Positions 56,570 through 64,000 of a stretch of DNA of 64,000 nucleotides are shown here, piece after piece. The position numbers and the translations under genes were made by a program. Origin of the DNA: a virus (taxonomy: Duplodnaviria > Heunggongvirae > Uroviricota > Caudoviricetes); IMG/VR virus record IMGVR_UViG_3300028534_000003, positions 33,090-97,089 of that record. One strand, 5' to 3'. Numbering within the stretch: position 1 is the stretch's first letter; every line of letters starts with the position of its first letter. The notes below the pieces were generated by a model. That model worked only from the letters and a program-made list of their open reading frames with translations, was not told the origin of the DNA and made no database searches.

Positions 56570-57016
56570 TCATTTCTCCATAAGTTGAACTAAATGCTTA
56601 GCTCTTGTTCCAGTTTGTCTGTACCATATTGAATCTTTCATAGCTAATGCAGCTAAATGATAATCATGTCGGGATAGTGCAGTAATCATGTCCTTAAACT
56701 TGAGTACACCAGTTATGCCTACATTGTAAGCTAAGTCAAGTACTATAGCTTGTTTCATAGTTGGTAAATTACGAAACCAAGCACGAGTCATAAGTTTACG
56801 ATTAAGGGCTATTGTACGATAGTTGAGAAGGATTAAAGCTTCCTCTTTACTAATACCATGAGTTAATGATGTTCCATAACCAATAGATAGCCCATAAGTG
56901 TCTTTGTATGGTTTACTACGGAAGCCCTCATGGTGGGTAATCAATGTCTGAGCTAAAGTTATTGAACTATCAGCATACAATGATAATGTTATTATGAATG
57001 ATAATATTAGTTTCAT
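56570..57016 (-). CDS. Endolysin, T4-type lysozyme (GH24) with an N-terminal signal/SAR segment
   Basis: EGFRSKPYKDTYGLSIGYGT (catalytic E and the GH24 TIGYG motif), plus a hydrophobic N-terminus. Confidence 0.7.
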   Translation of the reverse strand: MKLILSFIITLSLYADSSITLAQTLITHHEGFRSKPYKDTYGLSIGYGTSLTHGISKEEALILLNYRTIALNRKLMTRAWFRNLPTMKQAIVLDLAYNVGITGVLKFKDMITALSRHDYHLAALAMKDSIWYRQTGTRAKHLVQLMEK

Positions 57017-57231
57017 TATAGTGGCTTTGGTAATTGGATTGTTTGTAGTAATGTATCAGTTGTATCGTGTACTAATACTTCTAATTCATGTACTAAATCA
57101 GTTATAGTTAATATGTACTCATTAGTACATATAGTAACAGGTCTGTTAATATCAGATTGCTCTATAATGATATTAAGGTCAGGCTGACTATCAGCTAGGA
57201 TAATACTAGCATTGTTTCTATTTACTAACAT
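57016..57231 (-). CDS. Hypothetical protein
   Basis: 71-aa ORF. Confidence 0.3.
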   Translation of the reverse strand: MLVNRNNASIILADSQPDLNIIIEQSDINRPVTICTNEYILTITDLVHELEVLVHDTTDTLLQTIQLPKPL

Positions 57232-57402
57232 GTAAATCCTTTAACAGTTGATTGAATGATGGTTTGTGATATACTTTACTAGGTTTAGTAATGCTAATAG
57301 GTTGCATACGTATAAACTGTTTACATCTATTATCAAATAATGGGTCAGAATATCTGCCATTATCTATAATTGTATAGTCAAGTGTATCATACATGTTAAT
57401 CC

Positions 57403-57675
57403 TTATATGTAGAGTTTAATAGATGGAGAAGATGGTATTTTAATTATTTCAAATTCACCACTATCTTCTATACTTCCCCATATTCCCTGCATATGTGATT
57501 TATCTCCATACCTATAACATAGCTCATATCCATTACTGTCTATACCTATGAAAGAATCATCAAAAAATAACTCTACTCTAGTGCTTCCACTAGCAAAACG
57601 ATACCCTTTACGAAGTAGTTGCTTACAATGGTCAACAGAGTCAAATGTAATAATATCACCTACTTGCATGGCCAT
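57403..57675 (-). CDS. Hypothetical protein
   Basis: 90-aa ORF. Its C-terminus SPSIKLYI is reminiscent of the LTLNI family. Confidence 0.3.
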   Translation of the reverse strand: MAMQVGDIITFDSVDHCKQLLRKGYRFASGSTRVELFFDDSFIGIDSNGYELCYRYGDKSHMQGIWGSIEDSGEFEIIKIPSSPSIKLYI

Positions 57676-57925
57676 ACCATTGTGGGGAATTTGAATTGAT
57701 TAGAGTTATAGACATAGTTAGCAAATAAAGCTAATGTTGGATGACGTTTACTATGGTGTTGAAATAAACGTAATAGTTCGTCTTTGTTAAGGTCAATAAA
57801 TGCTTGTAACATGTTAATCCTTTATGTTGACATGATAGAACCATCAATGATAGCTCTACATACCAAGAAGGGTATTGAAGAATACGGAAGAATAATAGGA
57901 ACTCGATCTGTCCTAGTAAGAAAGG

Positions 57926-58153
57926 TTAATCAAGTAATGATAAGTTAGGTGGAGAGAAAAATAGATATAATGATAATAGAAATGATGATATCATAGCTAT
58001 TGTCATGCCAGTTAATGTTCCACCAAACATATAATTGAGTGTTGCTAATCCAGCTATGTCAAGGGTCAGATCAGCATATCGTTCACGTTCAAATTTGATT
58101 TTAAGTATGATAAGGTTAAGGAATGTTACTATTCCTATAATGATTACTTCCAT
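57926..58153 (-). CDS. Small membrane protein (holin candidate)
   Basis: 75 aa with 2 transmembrane helices, near the lysozyme gene. Confidence 0.3.
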   Translation of the reverse strand: MEVIIIGIVTFLNLIILKIKFERERYADLTLDIAGLATLNYMFGGTLTGMTIAMISSFLLSLYLFFSPPNLSLLD

Positions 58154-58162
58154 TGTATACTC

Positions 58163-58678
58163 CTACGAAATTGGATAATAAGTTGTACGATCATACCCAT
58201 AGGTGTCATGGATAGATTGGTGACAGTTACGACATACAATACGAAGATCATCTATGTGTTCCATAGTTAATCGCTCGTATGTTATATGATGTAATTCCAA
58301 CGGTATGTTGGATTGACCACATGATTCACAAGAATGATTTGCTATTGATAAACGTTGCTGTTTAAGTGCATGCCATTCAGGTGATTGAAGATAGATGTCT
58401 TTATCCTCTTTAGATATAAATTTAAGGTTATCAGGAACAAATAACTTATCATACTGATGAGTATTGTTAGATGTATAAGTTGGTGAGTATGTTTTTATTA
58501 CATGCTCTTCAACTTCTGATAATGATTTTATATCAGTGTCAGATGATTCACGAGTAGGTGATTCAAATGATAGGAGTATAAAGATAGCTACCCAAAAATA
58601 AGGTTGAGATAGTGCTACTACTAACAGGATTAGGATAATGATATATCGTAGTCGAGTTAGTAGTGATAGATTATGCAC
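58163..58678 (-). CDS. HNH nuclease with an N-terminal transmembrane segment
   Basis: CESCGQS...ELHHITYE...LRIVCRNCHQSIH (HNH bba-Me motif with Zn ligands). The N-terminus is hydrophobic. Confidence 0.55.
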   Translation of the reverse strand: MHNLSLLTRLRYIIILILLVVALSQPYFWVAIFILLSFESPTRESSDTDIKSLSEVEEHVIKTYSPTYTSNNTHQYDKLFVPDNLKFISKEDKDIYLQSPEWHALKQQRLSIANHSCESCGQSNIPLELHHITYERLTMEHIDDLRIVCRNCHQSIHDTYGYDRTTYYPIS

Positions 58679-58961
58679 TAGCTACTGATGAATTGAAGAT
58701 ATTTTCAGGCTTTGATTGAGGCTGTTGTTCAGTTGACTCTGATGAGTTGAATAGCCCTTCATCGTAACCTTTAACGATTGCATCAGGGATATCTTTGATA
58801 TCATCAATGATTGCTTCTCCAATAGATGCTGTTTGGTGAATTGTTTCACCTACAATTGCTGATGTGATTTCGAATAATTTACTTAACATTATGTGTCCTT
58901 TAAGTTGATTTGTGTTACTACACATAAGAACAACCATGTAGGAGGAACAGTAGTAGTTCAT
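58671..58961 (-). CDS. Hypothetical protein
   Basis: 96-aa ORF. Confidence 0.3.
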   Translation of the reverse strand: MNYYCSSYMVVLMCSNTNQLKGHIMLSKLFEITSAIVGETIHQTASIGEAIIDDIKDIPDAIVKGYDEGLFNSSESTEQQPQSKPENIFNSSVASA

Positions 58962-59075
58962 GGTTGCTCATATGTACAGTAGTACAAGTTGTGATACAAA
59001 CTACAGTACGTATTACAATATGGTGTAAAATATGTACTGTAGTCTAATAGTGGGATGTAGCTTAGAGCCTATGGC

Positions 59076-59351
59076 TTAAGGCCATAAGAGACCCGCTTTT
59101 TCGGCAGCTAGCTTCTTCTGAGAAGATTTTGTAAGTGCTTCGATTTTATTTTCGAGCATTGTCTGTTGAATTTCAATGATTGTTTCAACAGGTAGTTCAT
59201 GGTTACTCCCAGCAGGGAATACCTTATCAAGCATAGGTTTAACTGTCATATCCCAGTCAGCCTTGCTATACTGCTTAGCCTTCTTCTCTATCTCTGGATC
59301 AATTCCAGATGGATTAAGTCCTGCAGCCATTGCATCTGTATCTATAGCCAT
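59076..59351 (-). CDS. Hypothetical protein
   Basis: 91-aa ORF. It is the first gene downstream of the divergent control region. Confidence 0.4.
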   Translation of the reverse strand: MAIDTDAMAAGLNPSGIDPEIEKKAKQYSKADWDMTVKPMLDKVFPAGSNHELPVETIIEIQQTMLENKIEALTKSSQKKLAAEKAGLLWP

Positions 59352-59524
59352 TGTGGCTCCTTTATAGTTAAATTGTTAATGCCATTGAGGCACACCTTCA
59401 CACGATAAACTAGCTAATGCTAGCTTACTGGTGCGAACTTGTCCAGATCAGGATAATCAGGATTAAAATCAGGCATTGGTGCTCCTTGATTGGCGTATAA
59501 ATGAATCAATCACTTATCATAGAA

Positions 59525-59542
59525 CACCGGCCCCGTCCGGTG
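59525..59542. promoter_or_regulatory. GC-rich hairpin CACCGG-CCCCGT-CCGGTG in the divergent intergenic region
   Basis: 6-bp perfect stem in an otherwise AT-rich context. It could be a terminator or a structured promoter element. Confidence 0.3.
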
Positions 59543-59759
59543 CAGAAACACGGTGACTAACTTAGTTGAGAAACTAGGTTCGAAATAGGTTGAACTATGT
59601 GGGTTGAATGAATCAAAACTGCCAGCATTACCCGGTACAGAATGAAATCAACACCACACAATAATACCCTCCGAAGAGGGCACTATGTATGGTAAATTAA
59701 TTGCTATATTATATATAGAAAGTACAATCCGTTAACGATGGTAGCTAGACTATAAAAAC

Positions 59760-59815
59760 TTTACCCGTTAACAGGTAAAATTCCAAATTAATTTACCCGT
59801 TAACAGGTAAAATTC
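59760..59815. promoter_or_regulatory. Two direct copies of a 24-bp operator-like imperfect palindrome TTTACCCGTTAACAGGTAAAATTC
   Basis: Exact 24-bp repeat at 59760-59783 and 59792-59815. Each copy has internal dyad symmetry (TTTACC.GTTAAC.GGTAAA). They lie about 160 bp upstream of the + strand gene at 59978. Confidence 0.5.
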
Positions 59816-59977
59816 TTGTTAAGCTATGATAAAGTTAATAGATGTTATACTACATTCATGATAGTTTAAGTGAGTGTCTTACTCCGAAAGTCTACACACT
59901 TTGTGTAGGCATTCACTTAGATTATTAGCGTGATTAAGGAGTAAGACACCACTAATCATAAATCTAAATTCACACTC

Positions 59978-60448
59978 TTGAAAGATAACATGGATAATGA
60001 AATACCATTAAACATATCACTCGGTAAGGATGAATCAATCCAAGTTAAACGAGTATATGATAACAAGCCACCATTCTCTATGGTCGGCACTAAGCAAACC
60101 AAGAAAGGATCAACAATGTTAAATAGTGAACATCACTTAGATATACTAGAAGTAATGGAAAATATATCACCAAATGCTATATACGTACTAAGACTACTAC
60201 GAGATAGTAGAGAGATTAGTGATTATGAAACACATAGCATAGCTCCAATGATCACTAGTAGACGTAAAGAACTGTCTAAAAGTGACCAACGTAGATGGGA
60301 TAAAGGATTAGCTGTACTAATAGCTAATAAGCTTATAGCTAGCTATATAGGTAAATATATGATTAATCCATTCCTGATTATACCAAACAACTTCGAGGAG
60401 CATGAAAAGCTATGGAACAAACTATCTGATGATATAGTTACTAGCTAG
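59978..60448 (+). CDS. Putative winged-helix transcriptional regulator
   Basis: 156 aa with AIYVLRLLRDSREISDYE, matching a MarR/wHTH recognition-helix pattern. It is divergent from the early gene block and has the operator repeats upstream. Confidence 0.35.
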   Translation: MKDNMDNEIPLNISLGKDESIQVKRVYDNKPPFSMVGTKQTKKGSTMLNSEHHLDILEVMENISPNAIYVLRLLRDSREISDYETHSIAPMITSRRKELSKSDQRRWDKGLAVLIANKLIASYIGKYMINPFLIIPNNFEEHEKLWNKLSDDIVTS

Positions 60449-62482
60449 TATATCATCAGCTGTTAATTCACCCTTATCAAGGTATCCTTTACGTTTATGA
60501 TATGCAGCTTGTGATGGATCAATTTGTGATAAGATAGTATATAATAGATCCTGAGTAGATATTCTAGCCATAGTCTCTCTAATAACTTCCATAAGCTTAG
60601 CTGTATTGTTAGGATGACATCCAAATGAATCATGAATGAATGAGATGTCAAAGTCACAATTACGAATAACTTCCCTAGCAAAGTACGAGTCAATAGCATG
60701 GATAATGTTAGGAGCTAGTGCTCTAGACATAGCGTTAAACTGTTCAAGCTTAACACTGATATCACCACTATGAGTATTACCACTCATATCCATATAGTAA
60801 CCAGTTATCTTAGTATTACTCTTAGAGTCAGCTTCATCATTGTCTTCCATATAAGACACAACTGTAGTACATTCAACTTCAAATCCATCAGGCATAGTCC
60901 ATTTAAACTTAGTACGACCATTGCTATTGTATGTGTAAATTAGATTCATTAATCTGATAGCAGCTGGTGCAATAGAATCCATTGCAAATGTGAATGTGTC
61001 CCACATAGCTTTATGATCCATATCAGATGGGAAGAACTCAGCTATACCAGCAGTAACTCCATTCTTAGGATCATTAAGATTGTATAGGATATTATTAGCC
61101 ATAGAGCCATATAAGAATGTCATAAATGCTTTCTTAACATTACTACGATTGAAATTAGTAGTATCAGTTAGTTCATTAAGCTTATCAGCTAAAGCTTTAT
61201 ATGCGTCAGCTATTGAGCCAGTATCAAATATGTTACATAGAGATGCAGTAGCTCTATCCATAGCTAAGATTGAATAGAATTGTAATCCAGAGTTAGTAGC
61301 ATCCCATTGAGTGATAACACCAACAGGCTTCCCATTGATTGCATCAATATAGTCAAGAATTAATAGTGTAGCTATAGGATTAGATTGTTCATCCGCTATA
61401 GCTTGTAATGATGGAATAGATTGGCTATTAAACCAATCAACAGCATCATCGAATGATATCTTGTCATTATACAGTTCGTTAACTATAGCTACAGCTAAAT
61501 ATGATAGACCCTCGTCAGTACATACTTCCTTGTTAGCAAACTCTAACATAGACTTCTGATACTTATCACCTTGGATTTTAATGTAAGCTGATAGGTCATA
61601 TATTCTACCTCTATCATCATATGACATAGCAAAGTAGAATCCAGGATTATCCTGTACTAATTGGATGTCAGCTAATAGTTTATTCCACTCATTAGCCATA
61701 AATACACCATTAGCATCATACCATTTATCATGCAGCTTATACTGTAATAGTATTTCATTAGTAAGATTAGTTCTAATGTTGTATTGTACAGATTGTAATT
61801 GATTAATAGCTTCATTAGCTCTATCAGATTGAGTGGATATACTATTAAACCCAGATGAATTAAGCATAGTACGTCCATTAGTTAGATTACCACCCTGTTT
61901 AGTCGATGTATGAGGCTTAGGCTCAGTTATCATAATAGAGTTAGCTCTAACTGATTTATATGCTTCAACTATATGAGGCATAATTAATGCTGTATGCGGT
62001 ACAATAGTGCTAATAGTGCGGTTATTAGCACCATGTATCATTTTATATGAATGCATCTTCATATACGCCGCTAAATTGATAAGGTTAAGCCCAAGAGATT
62101 CAGTTACCATAGCTCTATTATATGCTGTACCAGTTTTATATTGCTTAGGTAATAGTTTACGACCTACTTGCCATGCTATAACGTTTCTATCAATGTATGA
62201 GTTAGTTGTTACACTAGCTTTAATGATAGCTCGTAATAGTGTCTTAATGCCTTTAACAGGATCCACTTGCTCTAATAAGTCATGGTGAAATTGTTTATGT
62301 TTGTTGTCATCACTAATATTCATGAAGTTAGCCATATATTCACACCATGCATTGATGAAGATAGTTAAGTCAGTTGACTCGACTTCAGTTCGTATTAGTG
62401 CATCAATAGTGTTGATTGACTGAGATTGCTCTAATTGTCTTTGTAATTGTACTCTATCAGTGTTAGTTGTAATTGTTTTCAT
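60422..62482 (-). CDS. Single-subunit T7-like DNA-dependent RNA polymerase (compact, 686 aa; N4 RNAPII-like but a single polypeptide)
   Basis: Motif A ITQWDATNSGLQFYSILAMD, motif B RSNVKKAFMTFLYGS, motif C FIHDSFGCH. Confidence 0.75.
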   Translation of the reverse strand: MKTITTNTDRVQLQRQLEQSQSINTIDALIRTEVESTDLTIFINAWCEYMANFMNISDDNKHKQFHHDLLEQVDPVKGIKTLLRAIIKASVTTNSYIDRNVIAWQVGRKLLPKQYKTGTAYNRAMVTESLGLNLINLAAYMKMHSYKMIHGANNRTISTIVPHTALIMPHIVEAYKSVRANSIMITEPKPHTSTKQGGNLTNGRTMLNSSGFNSISTQSDRANEAINQLQSVQYNIRTNLTNEILLQYKLHDKWYDANGVFMANEWNKLLADIQLVQDNPGFYFAMSYDDRGRIYDLSAYIKIQGDKYQKSMLEFANKEVCTDEGLSYLAVAIVNELYNDKISFDDAVDWFNSQSIPSLQAIADEQSNPIATLLILDYIDAINGKPVGVITQWDATNSGLQFYSILAMDRATASLCNIFDTGSIADAYKALADKLNELTDTTNFNRSNVKKAFMTFLYGSMANNILYNLNDPKNGVTAGIAEFFPSDMDHKAMWDTFTFAMDSIAPAAIRLMNLIYTYNSNGRTKFKWTMPDGFEVECTTVVSYMEDNDEADSKSNTKITGYYMDMSGNTHSGDISVKLEQFNAMSRALAPNIIHAIDSYFAREVIRNCDFDISFIHDSFGCHPNNTAKLMEVIRETMARISTQDLLYTILSQIDPSQAAYHKRKGYLDKGELTADDILASNYIIR

Positions 62483-62717
62483 AATGTCCTCCTACAGGTT
62501 TATGTGAGTGATTAACTCGTTATGCTGCACAATAGTGCTCCTCCTACTCTATGACCGTTAATGTACGGTTTAATGCTAGGTGCTATCAATGATGATTAGC
62601 ACAGTGATTCCTCTGTCATGTTTACTCCTTTCGGTTAATGTTAGCCGTTGAAGGCAACTAATGTACTATCGGATATAGTACTCACTACAACCCTCGTAAT
62701 TGAGGGCTGTATGAGGA

Positions 62718-63041
62718 CTAAACACCAAGAGACTGTTCAGCCTCTGATAGGGCTTTCTCCTGTGCTCGTTTAAGTGACGCTGCTGCTTCCATATAACGTA
62801 GAGATGCCTCTCTATGGTACACTTCCGTGTCAGCTATCGTTGTATTAAGCCATTGGTGAGTCTTCTTAGTTGACTCTGGATCCTCAATTGCTTGTTCTAA
62901 TGCTTTGGCTCTGATGGCTTTAGCGTCCTTGATGATACCAACTGATCCATCTTTAGACCATCTAAGAAACCCTTTAGTTTCACTTGGTGCTAGGTATAAT
63001 CCTACTGCTATTACTACTGCTATTAAAATTAAAGTTGTCAT
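62718..63041 (-). CDS. Membrane-anchored coiled-coil protein
   Basis: 107 aa with an N-terminal transmembrane segment (LILIAVVIAVGLYLA). Confidence 0.35.
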   Translation of the reverse strand: MTTLILIAVVIAVGLYLAPSETKGFLRWSKDGSVGIIKDAKAIRAKALEQAIEDPESTKKTHQWLNTTIADTEVYHREASLRYMEAAASLKRAQEKALSEAEQSLGV

Positions 63042-63121
63042 TGTATTGTTCCTCCTACAGAACGGTTGCTCACTAAAGCTGAATTGTGCTAGTGTTGGCC
63101 CGACTAGCTCGGTAAACTGTA

Positions 63122-63349
63122 CTACTTACCTGTAAGGTGAGATAGTAACTGCTTATACTTACTAATGTCAGCTCCAACAGTAGCGATATCAGTAATCAGT
63201 TGATCACGTAGCATAGCTAACTGTTCATAACATGCGTCAGTCTCACAAAGCTCCATGTTAGTATTACATAGACTAAGCTCATCATTAAGATAAGTTAGTC
63301 TAGCATACAGCTGAGTAAGTATGTGTTGAGTATGTTTAATGTCATTCAT
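63122..63349 (-). CDS. Hypothetical protein
   Basis: 75-aa ORF. Confidence 0.3.
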   Translation of the reverse strand: MNDIKHTQHILTQLYARLTYLNDELSLCNTNMELCETDACYEQLAMLRDQLITDIATVGADISKYKQLLSHLTGK

Positions 63350-63708
63350 TGTGTCCTCCTTACGAACTGTGTTAATTAATCTCTACAGATTAACACCGGG
63401 GGCATGCCATCCGACTCACCCCAAAACCTCATCACTAACCCCCTCCACAAAAATTTAAAAATTTCCCATAGCTCCCACTTAAGCAAACTTTAAGACTAAC
63501 AACATTACCAGAACTAGGATTGGTAAAATGAAAATAGGTCTATTAGTAATTAATAGAGCTACATTCAAATTAAAGTAGGTCAGATTGATCCCTTTTATAT
63601 AGTATATACAATGTTAAGTTATTGTTAAGTGTACCAAAGGTAATAATAAATCCACAGTTGGCCTATTTAATATATAGGTTATATGAAATACTGTCAAAAA
63701 TACAGACC

Positions 63709-63816
63709 GGTCAATTGACCACTTTCCACTGATGGTCTAGTACAAATCCCATAAATAAGGTAAAGTTAGTATACCAATGGTCAACTGACCATATTTAAAA
63801 TTGTCAACCATCGACC
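63709..63816. promoter_or_regulatory. Cluster of GGTCAAYTGACC-type palindromes in the right-end intergenic region
   Basis: GGTCAATTGACC (perfect 12-bp palindrome, 63709-63720), TGGTCAACTGACCA (63778-63791) and TGTCAACCATCGACC (63801-63816). Confidence 0.4.
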
Positions 63817-63880
63817 AGAATTAAGGTTAGCGAAAGGCAATAAATGATACAATTAGGTATAAACAAATAAGGAGCCAGTA

Positions 63881-64000
63881 ATGGAAATAGAAGTAATAAG
63901 AGTAAATGAGTTAGTACTACATGAGCTAGCTGAATCAACACCGATGATGAATGACGAGCAATATGCAGCATTAAAGCACTCAATAGAGCAGAATGGACAA
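63881..64000 (+). CDS. ParB/Srx-like N-terminal domain protein (3'-truncated by the window)
   Basis: The translation of nt 63881 onward reads MEIEVIRVNELVLHELAESTPMMNDEQYAALKHSIEQNGQ, a ParB N-terminal pattern (I.V..L...E.NPR...E...L..SI...G). RBS AAGGAG is upstream. Confidence 0.4.
   Translation, partial: MEIEVIRVNELVLHELAESTPMMNDEQYAALKHSIEQNGQ

Noticed and set aside
59760-59815. CRISPR array
   Set aside because: There are only two copies of a 24-bp repeat with a 8-bp spacer region between extended copies, and each repeat is internally palindromic. This is operator-like, not a repeat-spacer array, and no cas genes are present.
1-64000. Prophage or integrative element features (integrase, attachment site, excisionase)
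   Set aside because: No tyrosine or serine recombinase motifs were seen in any ORF. The gene content and the vRNAP indicate a strictly lytic N4-like phage.

Overview
This is an AT-rich segment of a lytic phage genome with N4-like (Schitoviridae-like) architecture. All calls below come from reading the ORF translations and the raw sequence by eye, with no database search.

Layout: the left end (2..8013, + strand) carries the 3' part of a giant virion RNA polymerase gene. Its translation has T7-type motifs A (DASASG), B (R..AK..VMT..YSAG) and C (HDA), and the reading frame is open to the window edge. A 968-aa protein follows it. Almost everything else (8139..63349) is one long minus-strand block.

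The minus-strand block contains, in order of recognition:
- A single-polypeptide T7-like RNA polymerase (60422..62482) and a sigma region-4-like protein.
- A replication and recombination module: RNR NrdA/NrdB, ATP-dependent DNA ligase, HU-like protein, UvrD-like and Dda/RecD-like helicases, PD-(D/E)XK nuclease, a P-loop ATPase, a possible primase, RuvC-like resolvase, and a family-A DNA polymerase.
- Nucleotide metabolism (a MazG-like pyrophosphohydrolase, a metallophosphoesterase, ThyX), a NadV + Nudix + NMNAT NAD+ salvage trio, an RNA-ligase-like gene, a lysis region, and many small membrane or hypothetical proteins.

Things worth a second look:
1. The DNA polymerase gene is split inside motif B (FFFG | [ET]IYG) by a ~1.35 kb insert that encodes an Endonuclease-VII-type HNH protein. 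The splice-site nucleotides (exon ends in U, insert ends in G) fit a group I intron.
2. A free-standing HNH/NUMOD homing endonuclease sits on the opposite strand. It shares a ~35-bp repeat with the intron.
3. At 49721-49876 there is a circularly permuted tRNA-like element. On the minus strand the order is T-arm + 3' acceptor strand, an 8-nt loop, then 5' acceptor strand + canonical D-arm. The whole is flanked by a 20-bp inverted repeat whose only mismatch is a G.U wobble on the minus-strand transcript.
4. At 35967-36065 there is a 99-nt tRNA with a ~23-nt insertion in the anticodon region, inside a 550-bp structured non-coding region. An RNA ligase gene lies elsewhere in the window.
5. At 28471-33606 there is a cluster built around a 686-aa protein with an E1/ThiF-like adenylation signature (IGYGGTNT ... 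EYDNIEFSNLLRF). It is preceded by an unannotated 41-aa Ala/Ser/Gly/Thr-rich peptide ORF with a strong GGAGG ribosome-binding site and followed by an intergenic hairpin, so it looks like a RiPP-like or ubiquitin-like-conjugation module.
6. A five-member paralogous family of small proteins ending in LTLNI is interleaved with an AAA_5 (MoxR/CobS-like) ATPase.
7. A TAXI-like periplasmic solute-binding protein and an SPFH lipoprotein are encoded.
8. Operator-like 24-bp repeats sit upstream of a + strand wHTH gene, and GGTCAAYTGACC palindromes sit next to a ParB-like gene at the right edge.

I found no CRISPR array, integrase or rRNA.
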